64,000 nucleotides of DNA, from positions 230,244-294,243 of the forward strand of contig JACPFP010000002.1 in NCBI GenBank assembly GCA_016182915.1, read 5' to 3'. A program made the translations under genes and the position numbers. Origin of the DNA: Candidatus Dojkabacteria bacterium (GTDB lineage Bacteria; Patescibacteriota; Dojkabacteria; SC72). The notes below the pieces were generated by a model. That model worked only from the letters and a program-made list of their open reading frames with translations, was not told the DNA's origin and made no database searches. Positions 25,202 through 36,026 of this stretch are shown piece by piece; position 1 is the first letter of the stretch, and every line of letters begins with the position of its first letter.

Positions 25202-26106
25202 TATTGGTATATAATTAGAGTCTTCTCTTTATCAACCCAATTTTCACCTTTAAACCTCTCTCTAACTTTTACGTTCATCTCATGTGAGAAATCAAATGTG
25301 GGTTTATAGTTATCCAACATCCATTTAGTAATTTCATCATTATCAAGGATTGGGATCATTCCATCCGTAAATAAGAGGATTCGATCCCCTGCCTCCAGAT
25401 CGACGACATGACTTTGAAAGAACTGTGTTGCCCTCTTATCACCATTAAAAATGCCAAATCCCACTTTATTTCCGGCTTCATCTTTCACATTAGGATTATT
25501 TCTTAAGACTGTACACCAGTAAATCTCCCAGTCGTGTTCAGTAATCACTTTTTTTCTTATATCATCAGGTATCTGAGCTAGGAAGATATCCTTTCCAATA
25601 AGGGTATTAGCATGCTTAAGAGCCTTCATAATCTGATACTTCATGGGATTTACTTGTTCTAACGATCCCTTGCGTAAAACATTTACATAGCAATCTTCTA
25701 ACCCACCATAGTACAATTTACCTTCAAAAATAAAGGCTCCAAATCCTACTGTTTCAGGAGTGTCGTAATTTAGGGGGTCGACAGGGTCCCTATCAAGTTT
25801 ACCGTTGAAACTGGCAATATCCTGATTTATCTTCTCAAGTATCTCGTTTACAGTTCCCTCTCCCACCTTTTTCTCAAAAATATACTCTTTAGCGTACTTA
25901 ATAAAGCCAGCACAGAATATCTCTGCCACCTCACTCTCATAGTCTTCAAAAGGAAATGTTCTTACCGCTCTAGTATGCCCTCTTAACACACCATCTGCCA
26001 CGGCAAAGATATGTAAGTCACTGTCAATGGCCCATGCGTCCCCGCTTGGAAGAAAAGATGCTTCATTTGAGGGGTTATCATGATATACAAAAATTCCTTT
26101 ATTCAT
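25198..26106 (-). CDS. PP2C-like phosphatase-fold protein
   Basis: FAVADG, GLEDCY, LLFTDG motifs. Confidence 0.6.
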   Translation of the reverse strand: MNKGIFVYHDNPSNEASFLPSGDAWAIDSDLHIFAVADGVLRGHTRAVRTFPFEDYESEVAEIFCAGFIKYAKEYIFEKKVGEGTVNEILEKINQDIASFNGKLDRDPVDPLNYDTPETVGFGAFIFEGKLYYGGLEDCYVNVLRKGSLEQVNPMKYQIMKALKHANTLIGKDIFLAQIPDDIRKKVITEHDWEIYWCTVLRNNPNVKDEAGNKVGFGIFNGDKRATQFFQSHVVDLEAGDRILLFTDGMIPILDNDEITKWMLDNYKPTFDFSHEMNVKVRERFKGENWVDKEKTLIIYQY

Positions 26107-26116
26107 TGTCTATGTT

Positions 26117-26527
26117 TTACTTAGAAATACCAAGCCCTACCCTGCTACGCCTAGCTTCTGCTTGAATCCAGTAATCTGAAATTCCATCCCCTATTTCAAG
26201 TAGGGTTTGAGCAAAAAGAGTCTCAGGGTGAGATTCAAGGAACGCTATATGAAGGAGCATTGCAATATTGCGCCTAGTGATATCACTTAACCCGCTAAGG
26301 TAGGCTTTAACTAATTCCTCTGCAGGGATCATATTCTGAGCAGGACTAACCTTAAGAGCCTCGACATGTAAACAGACTCTATCCTCAGTTTCTCCACTAT
26401 GTTTCGAAAAAGAAACTGCATTAGTAACAGCTGCACCTGTTTTCATCCCAACAGTTACTCGGCCACTTGCTTCATCATCCCAGCAGACAAACCCTCCATC
26501 ACTAATCTCTGCAAAAGTATCTGGCAT
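26117..26527 (-). CDS. Hypothetical protein
   Basis: 136-aa ORF with an AT-rich leader, directly downstream of tRNA-Ile. Confidence 0.6.
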   Translation of the reverse strand: MPDTFAEISDGGFVCWDDEASGRVTVGMKTGAAVTNAVSFSKHSGETEDRVCLHVEALKVSPAQNMIPAEELVKAYLSGLSDITRRNIAMLLHIAFLESHPETLFAQTLLEIGDGISDYWIQAEARRSRVGLGISK

Positions 26528-26548
26528 ATTTATATTTAATAATTACAA

Positions 26549-26625
26549 TGGTGGGGGTGGGCGGACTCGAACCGCCGACATCGGCTTTATAAGAACCGCG
26601 CTCTAACCACCTGAGCTACACCCCC
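26549..26625 (-). tRNA. tRNA-Ile (TAT)
   Basis: GGGGGTG/CACCCCC acceptor, anticodon arm CGGTT-CTTATAA-AGCCG, CCA encoded. Confidence 0.92.
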
Positions 26626-26692
26626 AGATATGCGTATTCTATCAGAAGTGCAGCAATTTTTCACTATTCTAAAGATATTTTCTACAGAAATA

Positions 26693-29233
26693 CTACCTAA
26701 GAGTCAGAGGAGGTGTTCCACTCTGGTTATCAGCCAAAGAACCCTCTGTAACAGCCAATCCTGCTCTTTGATTTATCTCCTGTTCAACAACATTCACATC
26801 TCTACCATATTTCAGCCTCGACAACTCCCTAATCTTTTGGGACATCTCTTTATTTACTGGAAGGTCAAAACCAGATTCAGGATAGCTGGGACCGTAGGAA
26901 GAGTCCAAAGAGAAAGGAGCTGGATATTTACCCCCTGAGATAAGCTTCACATACCAATGTAGGTTGGCCTGATTCATAATATCGTTCGCCGTAAAGACAG
27001 GATCAAACTGTGACTCCAAGAATTTAGCATCTTCGGGACCGGTTCTTGCTATGAGAAGTGTACCAACATTTCCGAAGATAGAGTTCTTGATATGCTCCTC
27101 CATCTGCGCAATATACTGGTTCGCGACAGTGAGGTTAAGACGGTATTTTCTTGCCTCAGAAAGAATAGAAGCAAATTCTTCTGTAGCGAAGTTCTGAAAC
27201 TCATCTACATAAAAGAAGAAATCCTTTCTCTCTTCTTCAGGAATATCCTCACGGCTCAAGGCAGCAGCAACAAGCTTAGGAATGAGGATTGTCCCGAGGA
27301 ACTGCATGTTTTCCTCCCCTACCAGACCCTTAGAAAGATTTACTATCAATATCTTCTTATTATCCATAACTTCCCTCATGTTGAATGAAGATTGAGATTG
27401 CCCAATAATATTCCTAACGGCAAGGTTGGTTACAAACCTATCGAACTTTGAGGTTAGATAGCCGAGAGTCTCTGATTTATGAAAATCACTTGTTTTTGCA
27501 ATTTGGTCCGTCCAAAACCTCTTAACCATGTCATCCTTAATCAGTGGAATCCACTTCTCATCAACCCACTTCTGATCTGTAATAATCCTTAATACCTCAA
27601 CAAGGGTGGAACCTTTCTCAGACATGGCGGTAAGCATTGCATTACGAACCGTTCTTTCAAGGATAGGGCCAACAATACCCTGGTTATGGGGATCGAAGAT
27701 CTTCTTAAGAAGACCTATAAACCCGTTTACAATTCTATGCTTATCCTGCTCGTCCGAAAACTCCATCATGTTAAAACCGAAAGGCCTTTGATTATCGGAT
27801 ACATCGAAATATATAACATCCTCAGCTCTTTCATGAGGGATACGATCAAGGACCATCTGAGCAGTCTGTCCGTGAGGATCAATGAAACAAACTCCATCGC
27901 CGTTATATATATCTTGAAGGATCATCCTTACAAGAAGCCATGACTTACCTGAACCTGTCTGTCCTAATACATAGGCATGTCTTCTTCTATCGTCTCTTTG
28001 GAAACATATTCTCTTTCTATTGCCTCTAAAAACATTATCACCTAACCATATAGTGTCCTTAGAGTTTACATCTGAACTAATCCAGTTTGCAGCTGGTGCC
28101 TCTTTAGCAAGAAGCCAGTTAATATTAGGTGTTGTGATCTCTTTATTTGGAAGGTGAAAGAGACTCGCAAGCTCATCGATATTTAGGATAGATCCGCTCT
28201 TTAAAGGCATTCTTCTATAGATAACATCATTCATGAAATCCCTACCCTTGAGCTTGTTCAACTTCTCTTTTTTAAATTCATTAATACCTGGATTGGAGAA
28301 CTGATCAAAAGCACCTACGATATTATTTAGATGCATATTAGCCAAATCTGAGTCCGAAGCAGATGTAACTATACGAATAGCGGTCCTAAACCCTATCTTA
28401 GACGTTTTCTTGCTTATTGCTTGCAACTGTTCCTGACTTACACTAATTCTCTTCTTCTCTGGGTCGGAGTTCGATTCTTCAACCTTCTGTACAAACTTCC
28501 TACCGTTTTTCTGCCATTTACTCCCCGCAGGAGAGATAACCAACTGGATAAGGGCACCTTCTCCATCCTCCATTTTACTTAAGGTACTCAAAATATTTGA
28601 GAGAGGATCTCCAGAAAAGTCTTCCGCTACTTTAACCGGATAGTATGGCTCATCTGTCTGGACCAGGCTTGCATATGCAACCTTGGAATTCTCACCGAAG
28701 ATATTATATTCATCCGTCCTTATAATTTCAGCCTCCTGATAGGAGCCTAATATCTGTTTCTCAACTAGGTCAGCTAGTTTCTTAGGAGCATATACATAGA
28801 ATCGAATCTCACCCGGAAGCCCAACCATCTCAAAACTAATACTATTTCCAACGGTCAGATATTTTTGAATACCCTTCCCTGCGCCACCGATTCCATATAG
28901 GTTCGCAAACATCTTTTCCGCGACTCCAACCTCTAACTCATTCCCCCTGGGGGCTCTAACCTCAATTAATACTCCAAGTTTGCTTTTTTCATCCCTGTCT
29001 TTTCTTTTTAAAATATTTGAATAGTAGTAGAGGGCGCCAATAATTCCTCCAATAAGGAGGGAAATTAGAAGAACCCACATAAAGACAGATACAAATGTGA
29101 TATTAGAACCATCCGTCTCCCCAAGAGAATCCTGTGGATAGACCACATTCTCCCCTGGTGTTACATCACCAGGTTGTATAGGGCCAATAGTCTGAGAGTA
29201 AACAAGATTAGTATAATCTAGAGCAGTTCGCAT
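26693..29233 (-). CDS. Membrane-anchored VirB4/TraG/HerA-like ATPase (type IV secretion-related)
   Basis: One TM segment, RRHAYVLGQTGSGKS, IDPHG, YVDEFQNF, EARKYRL. Confidence 0.85.
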   Translation of the reverse strand: MRTALDYTNLVYSQTIGPIQPGDVTPGENVVYPQDSLGETDGSNITFVSVFMWVLLISLLIGGIIGALYYYSNILKRKDRDEKSKLGVLIEVRAPRGNELEVGVAEKMFANLYGIGGAGKGIQKYLTVGNSISFEMVGLPGEIRFYVYAPKKLADLVEKQILGSYQEAEIIRTDEYNIFGENSKVAYASLVQTDEPYYPVKVAEDFSGDPLSNILSTLSKMEDGEGALIQLVISPAGSKWQKNGRKFVQKVEESNSDPEKKRISVSQEQLQAISKKTSKIGFRTAIRIVTSASDSDLANMHLNNIVGAFDQFSNPGINEFKKEKLNKLKGRDFMNDVIYRRMPLKSGSILNIDELASLFHLPNKEITTPNINWLLAKEAPAANWISSDVNSKDTIWLGDNVFRGNRKRICFQRDDRRRHAYVLGQTGSGKSWLLVRMILQDIYNGDGVCFIDPHGQTAQMVLDRIPHERAEDVIYFDVSDNQRPFGFNMMEFSDEQDKHRIVNGFIGLLKKIFDPHNQGIVGPILERTVRNAMLTAMSEKGSTLVEVLRIITDQKWVDEKWIPLIKDDMVKRFWTDQIAKTSDFHKSETLGYLTSKFDRFVTNLAVRNIIGQSQSSFNMREVMDNKKILIVNLSKGLVGEENMQFLGTILIPKLVAAALSREDIPEEERKDFFFYVDEFQNFATEEFASILSEARKYRLNLTVANQYIAQMEEHIKNSIFGNVGTLLIARTGPEDAKFLESQFDPVFTANDIMNQANLHWYVKLISGGKYPAPFSLDSSYGPSYPESGFDLPVNKEMSQKIRELSRLKYGRDVNVVEQEINQRAGLAVTEGSLADNQSGTPPLTLR

Positions 29234-29286
29234 AGAGTATCGATTAGATTTATTGATAAAAGGATATCACAAAAAACGTACTCTTT

Positions 29287-29889
29287 CTATTCTCCGAAGA
29301 TAGCAAAGATCTTCTTAATAAGAGTTGCAGCCCATGTTCGACCGTCGTTAATATCTCCCTGCTCAGAAATATTACTTGCGTCATTGGTAAGGGCATCATC
29401 TACCTGATAACCAAATAGCTTGAAAGTTTGGGTATTAGCAGTGGTTGCATTCTCCTCTTCAACACGAGATTTCTCCTCTGCACTAAGTTTATTGCCATCC
29501 TCAACCCCACTTTCAGTAAGTTTAATCTCATTCTCTTTCACAGTCTCAACCAGAGTTGCAAACTCCTCACTCTCCTTACTTGCATTAACCTGCTCCTCAA
29601 CCTTTGGAGCATCAACTAAAGGTGCAGATGAAACCTCGGAAGATACCTCCAGGGAAGGTAGCTCATCTAAAGACTCAACAGGCTGTTCTGCAGTTGGCTG
29701 ATTGGAATTATATTTTTCTAATATACCATTCTGCCTAAGTATCTCTTTTTTCTGATCTAAGGATAGTGTTGACCATACTGAGTCGGGAATTAGTCCAACG
29801 AGCTCGGTAGGTAAAGTGCGAATCCAGCCTGCATTTTCTAAGGCCGCACTCTTTGTTTCTAGGTTGTTTACTACAGGGGTATCTTGCAT
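29287..29889 (-). CDS. Hypothetical acidic protein
   Basis: 200-aa ORF packed between smpB and the ATPase. Confidence 0.7.
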   Translation of the reverse strand: MQDTPVVNNLETKSAALENAGWIRTLPTELVGLIPDSVWSTLSLDQKKEILRQNGILEKYNSNQPTAEQPVESLDELPSLEVSSEVSSAPLVDAPKVEEQVNASKESEEFATLVETVKENEIKLTESGVEDGNKLSAEEKSRVEEENATTANTQTFKLFGYQVDDALTNDASNISEQGDINDGRTWAATLIKKIFAIFGE

Positions 29890-29894
29890 ACCGA

Positions 29895-30338
29895 CTATTT
29901 TACCATATACTTTAATCTGTCTCTATGAAGCTCCCGATCCAGTTGTCTCTCCTTCTCTGTATTTCTCTTCTCCCTATCCTTCTTTCCCCTTCCTATACCA
30001 ACTAACACTTTTGCTTTTCCATGTGAAAAATACATCTTTAGGGGTACTAGGGTTCCTCCCCACTGCTTCGATTTACTATTTAACTGATAGAGTTCCTTTG
30101 TGTGCACAAGCAGTTTACGGGTTCTCTTGGCGTCATACTTAGGATCATTACTGAATTTGAACTTAGCAATATCTGCATTAACAAGCCATAGTTCGGAGCC
30201 AATAACTTTCACAAAAGAATCCTTTAAATCCACTCTATTATCCCTAATTGACTTGACCTCTGCTCCAGTTAGAACAATACCCGCCTCAAGGGTATCTTTG
30301 ATATCATAATTGAATTTTGCTTTTCTGTTATCAACCAT
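29895..30338 (-). CDS. smpB: SsrA-binding protein
   Basis: NRKAKFNY, EAGIVLTGAEVKSIR, RTRKLL, GRGKK. Confidence 0.97.
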   Translation of the reverse strand: MVDNRKAKFNYDIKDTLEAGIVLTGAEVKSIRDNRVDLKDSFVKVIGSELWLVNADIAKFKFSNDPKYDAKRTRKLLVHTKELYQLNSKSKQWGGTLVPLKMYFSHGKAKVLVGIGRGKKDREKRNTEKERQLDRELHRDRLKYMVK

Positions 30339-30353
30339 GCCGGAATTATACCA

Positions 30354-32693
30354 TTACTTTTGAATAACGACTCTCCTGATAACGGTTCCATCCAAAATAT
30401 ACATATATCTCTCCTGATAGTCGGTAACTAGGTCCTGAACATCTTTAAAAACATCATCCCTATCTCCCTGATAGCGATACTCATTAACACGAAGGAGTTC
30501 ATTTGGATGTCTCGAATCCCCGATTGCCTCCTTAGGCTTCTCGAAAGATATGATTCTTGGAGAATCTCCACCTTCAAATATATACATAAGGTTATCCAAA
30601 GTTCCTCCTGTATGTCCTGCACTTGCACCACCTACAGCATTCAAACCCTCTGCACTAAGTGGGAGTTTTTGAGGATTATCTCCTGCGGAGTATCTTTCCA
30701 CCTCATTATCAACTCCCGTTACTACATAAATAGCAATATCACCGAAGAAATCTCTAGCTGAGTCAAAAGTTTCAGAACTTATATGGGCAAAAGGTAGTGT
30801 GTATCCGTTACCTGTGAAGTTTGATCTATATATTGCCTTGTTTGTGGGACTTAATAGGTATACATGATCATTCGGTGTGAATACCGCAAACTCGGAGACA
30901 TCATTAATTCCAAGGTCATCTGCCCCAAGTCCAGTAAGAGACTCAAAGTCCAGGTTTCCCAACTTACTATCAAACTGTGATCTGATCACTCCTGAAATTT
31001 CATCAAAGACATAAACACCATGAGTACCTATATCAATATATTTGGGTGACTTCACCAATCCCCTCTTGTCAGGAATCTTAACTGCACTCTTATCGAAAAT
31101 ATTTATTCTATATACAGCTTTCAATCCATTATCAACCACAAAGAGGGACTCATTCTGATAGTCGTCCTTGTAGACAGTCATATCCGTAGGCTGAGATTTC
31201 GACTCACCCTTTTTATCAAACTCAATACGTGTACTTAAAAATATCTCCAGGTTACCATTTTCTTCAGAAACCCAAACTCTCTTTGCAACTCTATCATCAA
31301 TTTTCCCTAACGATTCCTTAAGATCTGAGAGTTTCTTTTGGTCATCAAAGGATAACTTTTTACCCTCTACTTTTTGTAACTCTGCTGTCGCCTGTGTAAG
31401 GTAGCCGGAAGCCTGCTCTGTGTCACCCGGAAGATATGACTCAGCCTGTTTAATATAGTTCTCTACAACATCAAATACCTCAGCGGCAACTCTATGAAGC
31501 TCTCTAGCCTCTTTTGCTTTAATACTGAGCTGGATTCCCCCTAGAAGCGCTATCACGAGAAGCACCCCTAAAATCAAGGTTCCAAACCTCTTCCCTCGCA
31601 CTGAAGACTCTCTGTATCCATCAATTTTCATTCCGTACGCGGAACTACCTTTAGAGAGCCTCATTGCAGATAACTTTGACTTTATCCTTTTATACCAAAC
31701 TTGCCTACCATATTTATCATCTACAAATCCCCAGAAGGATCCTCCGAACTTGTGTAGAATCTTCTCTAACCTACTACTTAAAGGCATCATGAAGTTTGAA
31801 AGTTTATTCCATATCTCTAACCATGCGCTTTTTATCTTACCGGTCGTGCTGTTAAACCATATTACAAAAGTTGCCCACTTCTCTTTGAAAGTACTCTTCC
31901 GTACCTCAGATTCAATTTCTTTATTCTCAGGAACAGAAGGAACTTCCTCTGGTGGTTGAATTATTTCATACTCCTTATGAATAAGCTCTGTTGCTTGAGA
32001 CGTTACCTCAGAATCATACCCAGGTTCAGGATCTAAAGGGGCCTCTTCAATCTCTTCTATATCTTCAAAATCCTCTCCAATCTCCGACCTTGAAAGGAGG
32101 AGAACCCCTTGCCCTTTTTTCAAGGTATCATTTATCTCTAACAAGACTGATGATAGTTCGTCGCCCTTCATTCGTAGAAGAGTCTCACTGAATAGCATTG
32201 GAGAAGATATTATCAGGATGTCTTCCTGGCCCAATGCAAAACTTAATGCCATTACTTTATTCTTCTTTAGTACCTCAGACACATTAACGATATCTCCCTC
32301 CTTATGTACAAAGATCTCCTGTTCTCCAAAAACTCCTAAGAATGCGGTAGCTTCTTTTATCACCACTATGGCAAAACTTATATCAATTCCACCCTCCTCT
32401 ACCTCTTTATCGTTTTTCAACATTTCAAGAAGCTTCTTTGAACCTGCCGATATAGATTCTTTGACAGAATCAATAATAGAGCCCGATGAACCTGAGTACG
32501 TTTCAAGGATTGCATCCCAGACAAACTTAGATGCACGACTGGCATACCCTTCTGGGGTTTTAGAGACTGTAATTAGTGCATACATCTCTCCAACAGAGTT
32601 CCCTCCGTAATTTTCAGGAGTATATTTATAAACACTCGTTATAGACTGAGTATCTACCTCTTGTGAGATATATCTCTTTACAAAGATGGGCAT
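30354..32693 (-). CDS. Large membrane protein (degenerate PP2C-like N-domain, TM segment, helical stalk, beta-propeller-like C-domain)
   Basis: One TM segment; beta-rich repeats such as LFVVDNG, VYVFDE, VYLLS, MYILDG. Confidence 0.6.
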   Translation of the reverse strand: MPIFVKRYISQEVDTQSITSVYKYTPENYGGNSVGEMYALITVSKTPEGYASRASKFVWDAILETYSGSSGSIIDSVKESISAGSKKLLEMLKNDKEVEEGGIDISFAIVVIKEATAFLGVFGEQEIFVHKEGDIVNVSEVLKKNKVMALSFALGQEDILIISSPMLFSETLLRMKGDELSSVLLEINDTLKKGQGVLLLSRSEIGEDFEDIEEIEEAPLDPEPGYDSEVTSQATELIHKEYEIIQPPEEVPSVPENKEIESEVRKSTFKEKWATFVIWFNSTTGKIKSAWLEIWNKLSNFMMPLSSRLEKILHKFGGSFWGFVDDKYGRQVWYKRIKSKLSAMRLSKGSSAYGMKIDGYRESSVRGKRFGTLILGVLLVIALLGGIQLSIKAKEARELHRVAAEVFDVVENYIKQAESYLPGDTEQASGYLTQATAELQKVEGKKLSFDDQKKLSDLKESLGKIDDRVAKRVWVSEENGNLEIFLSTRIEFDKKGESKSQPTDMTVYKDDYQNESLFVVDNGLKAVYRINIFDKSAVKIPDKRGLVKSPKYIDIGTHGVYVFDEISGVIRSQFDSKLGNLDFESLTGLGADDLGINDVSEFAVFTPNDHVYLLSPTNKAIYRSNFTGNGYTLPFAHISSETFDSARDFFGDIAIYVVTGVDNEVERYSAGDNPQKLPLSAEGLNAVGGASAGHTGGTLDNLMYIFEGGDSPRIISFEKPKEAIGDSRHPNELLRVNEYRYQGDRDDVFKDVQDLVTDYQERYMYILDGTVIRRVVIQK

Positions 32694-32694
32694 T

Positions 32695-32946
32695 TTAACC
32701 TACAAGAATTAATATTACACAGAAAAGACTCCCTACAACCGCAACAAGAAGGTGTAGATATGATGCAAAAAGAACCTTTTTATTCGATGAGCTTTTAACT
32801 GTGTCATTTAAAATTCTCACTCTAATGGTGAGAAGGAGGGAGTATATTACATAGCCAAAAATTACAACTAGGAAGAGAAGTTTGAAGATACCTCCTGTAC
32901 TCTGAAACGTGAAATTGATTGTGTTTATTCCTTCTAAAAAGTCCAT
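32695..32946 (-). CDS. Small two-TM membrane protein (resembles CPR DUF5657)
   Basis: Two hydrophobic helices linked by IRVRILNDTVKS. Confidence 0.6.
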   Translation of the reverse strand: MDFLEGINTINFTFQSTGGIFKLLFLVVIFGYVIYSLLLTIRVRILNDTVKSSSNKKVLFASYLHLLVAVVGSLFCVILILVG

Positions 32947-33563
32947 TATATGTGTCCTTTCTTTTTCATTTCAAGTAAGTCGAGGAGAGTATCCTGTATA
33001 TCCCTTGGCCTTGGTACACCTGTAAATTCAAACTCCGGCTTTGAACCCGCGGTCTGGATATATACATCTCCATAGTCAAAAATACTACTTAATACTCCAG
33101 CAGGTGAATGCGATACATCCTCAATTTTATCCAAGTGGGCTTCTGAGAATCTATGAAAAAGAATATTATTAAAATCTACATCAACTATCCTGATATCCGT
33201 AATTATATTTACGGAATAGTACCATTTAAAATATGTATCACATGCTACAGTAAATGCCAGTAGAAGAAACAACAACCCAACTCCAAAGTTATATATAGGA
33301 CTGAAATCTCCTGTACCGCTGAATGCAGCAAAGAAGAGAAGTGGAGTTAAGAGAAGTCCGATAATAGCTAGATACCTTGGGATGAAAACTGCAGGGTGCT
33401 TCCTAACAATCAATACTACACTCTCTCCTTTATCCTGACCACTAAACGAAACAGTATCAGGAAACACACAGAAACTACCTGTGTTGTTTATAGAGTCAAC
33501 AGGAGACAGCTTTACTAGAAAAGACTTTTTCCCTTTTAAAAACTTTTTAGGTATTTTTCTCAT
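32946..33563 (-). CDS. Bacterial PH-domain membrane protein
   Basis: Two TM segments, IITDIRIVD, LDKIEDVS, FDYGDVYIQTAG. Confidence 0.8.
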   Translation of the reverse strand: MRKIPKKFLKGKKSFLVKLSPVDSINNTGSFCVFPDTVSFSGQDKGESVVLIVRKHPAVFIPRYLAIIGLLLTPLLFFAAFSGTGDFSPIYNFGVGLLFLLLAFTVACDTYFKWYYSVNIITDIRIVDVDFNNILFHRFSEAHLDKIEDVSHSPAGVLSSIFDYGDVYIQTAGSKPEFEFTGVPRPRDIQDTLLDLLEMKKKGHI

Positions 33564-33674
33564 ACTAGTTCAAGATAACATAAATACAGTACTAGGACAA
33601 GAATAATTAGGTTGCATATCTTAATAGTAGTGATATACTTTTTAACATAATAATTTTATATATAAGACACTCAA

Positions 33675-34106
33675 ATGCTAGATGTACAAGAAAAAAGACG
33701 AATCACTGATGCCCTCGTACACCTCACAGATAGTCATACCACAGAACCTCTATCTTTAGGCGAAGACGAAGAGATATCAGGCCTTAAAATATCAAACTTC
33801 AGACAAGGGTTTGAGTCAGCAACATCAGAAAGTATCACTATACTTATGGAACTAATAGTGGAAGGTGGTAGCCAAGAGAGGCAGTATGCTGAGGAAAAGG
33901 ACTTACAAAGACTATGCGGGTTTATATGTGGGCTAAGATTTAGAGGAAATACCTATTTGGCAGACGAAATTTGGGGAAGGCTCAATCAAAGCGGAGCACT
34001 TGACGCTGATCAGGACGCAGCCGAAGCAAGTGTAGTTCAAATAGTGTTCGAGGAATATTTACAAGAGCAAGGAATACTGGCTAAAGAAGTCTGCAATCTT
34101 TGGTAA
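33675..34106 (+). CDS. Hypothetical protein
   Basis: 143-aa ORF with TGATATACT extended -10 upstream; lies opposite to the flanking genes. Confidence 0.6.
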   Translation: MLDVQEKRRITDALVHLTDSHTTEPLSLGEDEEISGLKISNFRQGFESATSESITILMELIVEGGSQERQYAEEKDLQRLCGFICGLRFRGNTYLADEIWGRLNQSGALDADQDAAEASVVQIVFEEYLQEQGILAKEVCNLW

Positions 34107-34109
34107 TCA

Positions 34110-36002
34110 CTATTTCTTCTCTATATTTATAAAGGTAACGTTATTACCCTGAGGTGGAATCTGTAAATATCCAGGTGCTCTTAAGTTGTAGACCGCTTCA
34201 AAACTGGCTCCTGGAATAGTTATAGTTCCCCTATTTGTACTGAACAGAATCGATGAAGTCTGACCCTGACTAGAGAACGACGATACCACCGAGTACACCT
34301 CTTTAACTGGATTGTTAAGTAATCCAGCCATCTGATCCTTATTGTACGGATTACCTGCAATTCCAGAGATAGGGCAATCAGAAATTGTAACAGGGAGGAT
34401 TCTTGAATAATCTACACTACCTTTTAAACCACTCCCCTCGTTCACCAACCATACATTGATAATATCCGCCATTTCTTTATTTGATAGATAGTTTCTCCCC
34501 TTGTTATCGATATTAGTTACGTCCTTCTTTGAAGAGTTACAGACCCCACCATTAAGAAGATTATACCAAGTTTTATAGAACCAAGGGCTATTTCCATATT
34601 TGGATCCTTCATACGCATTCTCCGTCCAACTTCCGCTCCCACCCTGCTTATTCGTAGTATCCCATCCTGAGGTATTTAAATATCCTCCAGAGGTTGAAGA
34701 AAATTGGAAATTACCTGTTCCGCCACTCAGAACCCACTTACTCGTATAGTCCACAGCTTGCTGCCATGCACTCGCATTTTTCTCCTTTTTTACCACCTGA
34801 CAGCTCTGACTCGGACAGATATATACATGACCATTACATTTTGCACTGTGTGTTTGAATATATCTAAGGGCGTAGCTTCTTGCAGAGACAACCTGTGCTC
34901 TCAAGACCGCAGTTGGCCAGCTACTTGGAACCTCGTAGAGCCTCTTGAGATACTCATCTACAGTAAAAGCCTGACAATTAAAGGCCTGCCCGTATTCATT
35001 TGTACCGTTTACATAGATTAATGATGGTACCGCATAGCTTTTATTCAAAGTCTCAGTGCCATAGTAAGCCTTGAGGATTTGTTCCGCACTCTGCCCTGCC
35101 TTCGCCCGACCATATGCTCCATACTGGCTCATACCGTTTCTATGGGTATAGGCACCCAGGGAAAATACTGCAAAGCTACCCGATTTCGCATTTGATACAA
35201 AGCCTGTCTTTGAGGAAAGGTTCTCAACGCTACCAGGTACATCTCCAACTCCAATAATCCCTCCCGATGCCTTTGCTAGAAGTATCGCCTCCTGTAGCTT
35301 TGAAATTTCCCCTTTTAGTGACGATATATCACTTCCCAGCCTCGAAGAAAGACTCTTTTTTGATGCCGCCTGAGAAGCCAAAGCGACTTTCTGTGATATG
35401 AGAGACTCTTTAGACTTCTCTAATCCCTCCTTTTCCTCTTCTAAGGACCCTTTCTCTCTCTCAACTTCAAGTTTCTCCTGTTTGAGTTGAGCAAAATTCT
35501 GAGAAAGAAGCTTTAATTTACCTACATAGCCAAATCCACTTAATTTCCGAAGAAATAGACCACGCAGAAGATCATCAGCACTTCTATTCGCAAAAAGGTA
35601 CTCTATGAATCCGAAGCGTGAAGATTTGTATAAGTTGGAAGCAATATCATCCAGAGCTTTCTGTTCCTTCTCCAGCTCACTCTGTTTTTGATTGATTACC
35701 TTCTCTTTCTGCTTAATCTCGTTAGATGCAGACTTTATATAGGTATCAATCTTATCAACCTGAGCACTCATCAGTTCTATCTTCTCATCAATACTCACAC
35801 TGCTCTTGTTAATTTCCTCTATCTCCCTCTTTATTTTATCCAAAGTACTCTCTTTCTCTTTAATCTCCTGGTTCTTCTTCTCTACCTCACTCTCTAAGTC
35901 ACCAACATCCTGTGAAAAAGCAGGGAGAGTGAAAAAGACCAAGGCATATACAACGAAGAGGAGAGAAAAAAGGATAATTTTTGGGGCATTTCTAAATTCC
36001 AT
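34110..36002 (-). CDS. Coiled-coil plus SpoIID/LytB-domain peptidoglycan hydrolase
   Basis: Signal/TM segment, long coiled coil, HRNGMSQYGA, ILKAYY, EVPSSW, LRAQVVSARSY. Confidence 0.82.
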   Translation of the reverse strand: MEFRNAPKIILFSLLFVVYALVFFTLPAFSQDVGDLESEVEKKNQEIKEKESTLDKIKREIEEINKSSVSIDEKIELMSAQVDKIDTYIKSASNEIKQKEKVINQKQSELEKEQKALDDIASNLYKSSRFGFIEYLFANRSADDLLRGLFLRKLSGFGYVGKLKLLSQNFAQLKQEKLEVEREKGSLEEEKEGLEKSKESLISQKVALASQAASKKSLSSRLGSDISSLKGEISKLQEAILLAKASGGIIGVGDVPGSVENLSSKTGFVSNAKSGSFAVFSLGAYTHRNGMSQYGAYGRAKAGQSAEQILKAYYGTETLNKSYAVPSLIYVNGTNEYGQAFNCQAFTVDEYLKRLYEVPSSWPTAVLRAQVVSARSYALRYIQTHSAKCNGHVYICPSQSCQVVKKEKNASAWQQAVDYTSKWVLSGGTGNFQFSSTSGGYLNTSGWDTTNKQGGSGSWTENAYEGSKYGNSPWFYKTWYNLLNGGVCNSSKKDVTNIDNKGRNYLSNKEMADIINVWLVNEGSGLKGSVDYSRILPVTISDCPISGIAGNPYNKDQMAGLLNNPVKEVYSVVSSFSSQGQTSSILFSTNRGTITIPGASFEAVYNLRAPGYLQIPPQGNNVTFINIEKK

Positions 36003-36026
36003 ACCCTATTATACAGAAAGAGTGAA

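Noticed and set aside
24311-26625. Integrative element defined by the recombinase and tRNA-Ile
   Set aside because: No duplicated tRNA end or att pair found by eye; the recombinase looks like a core gene
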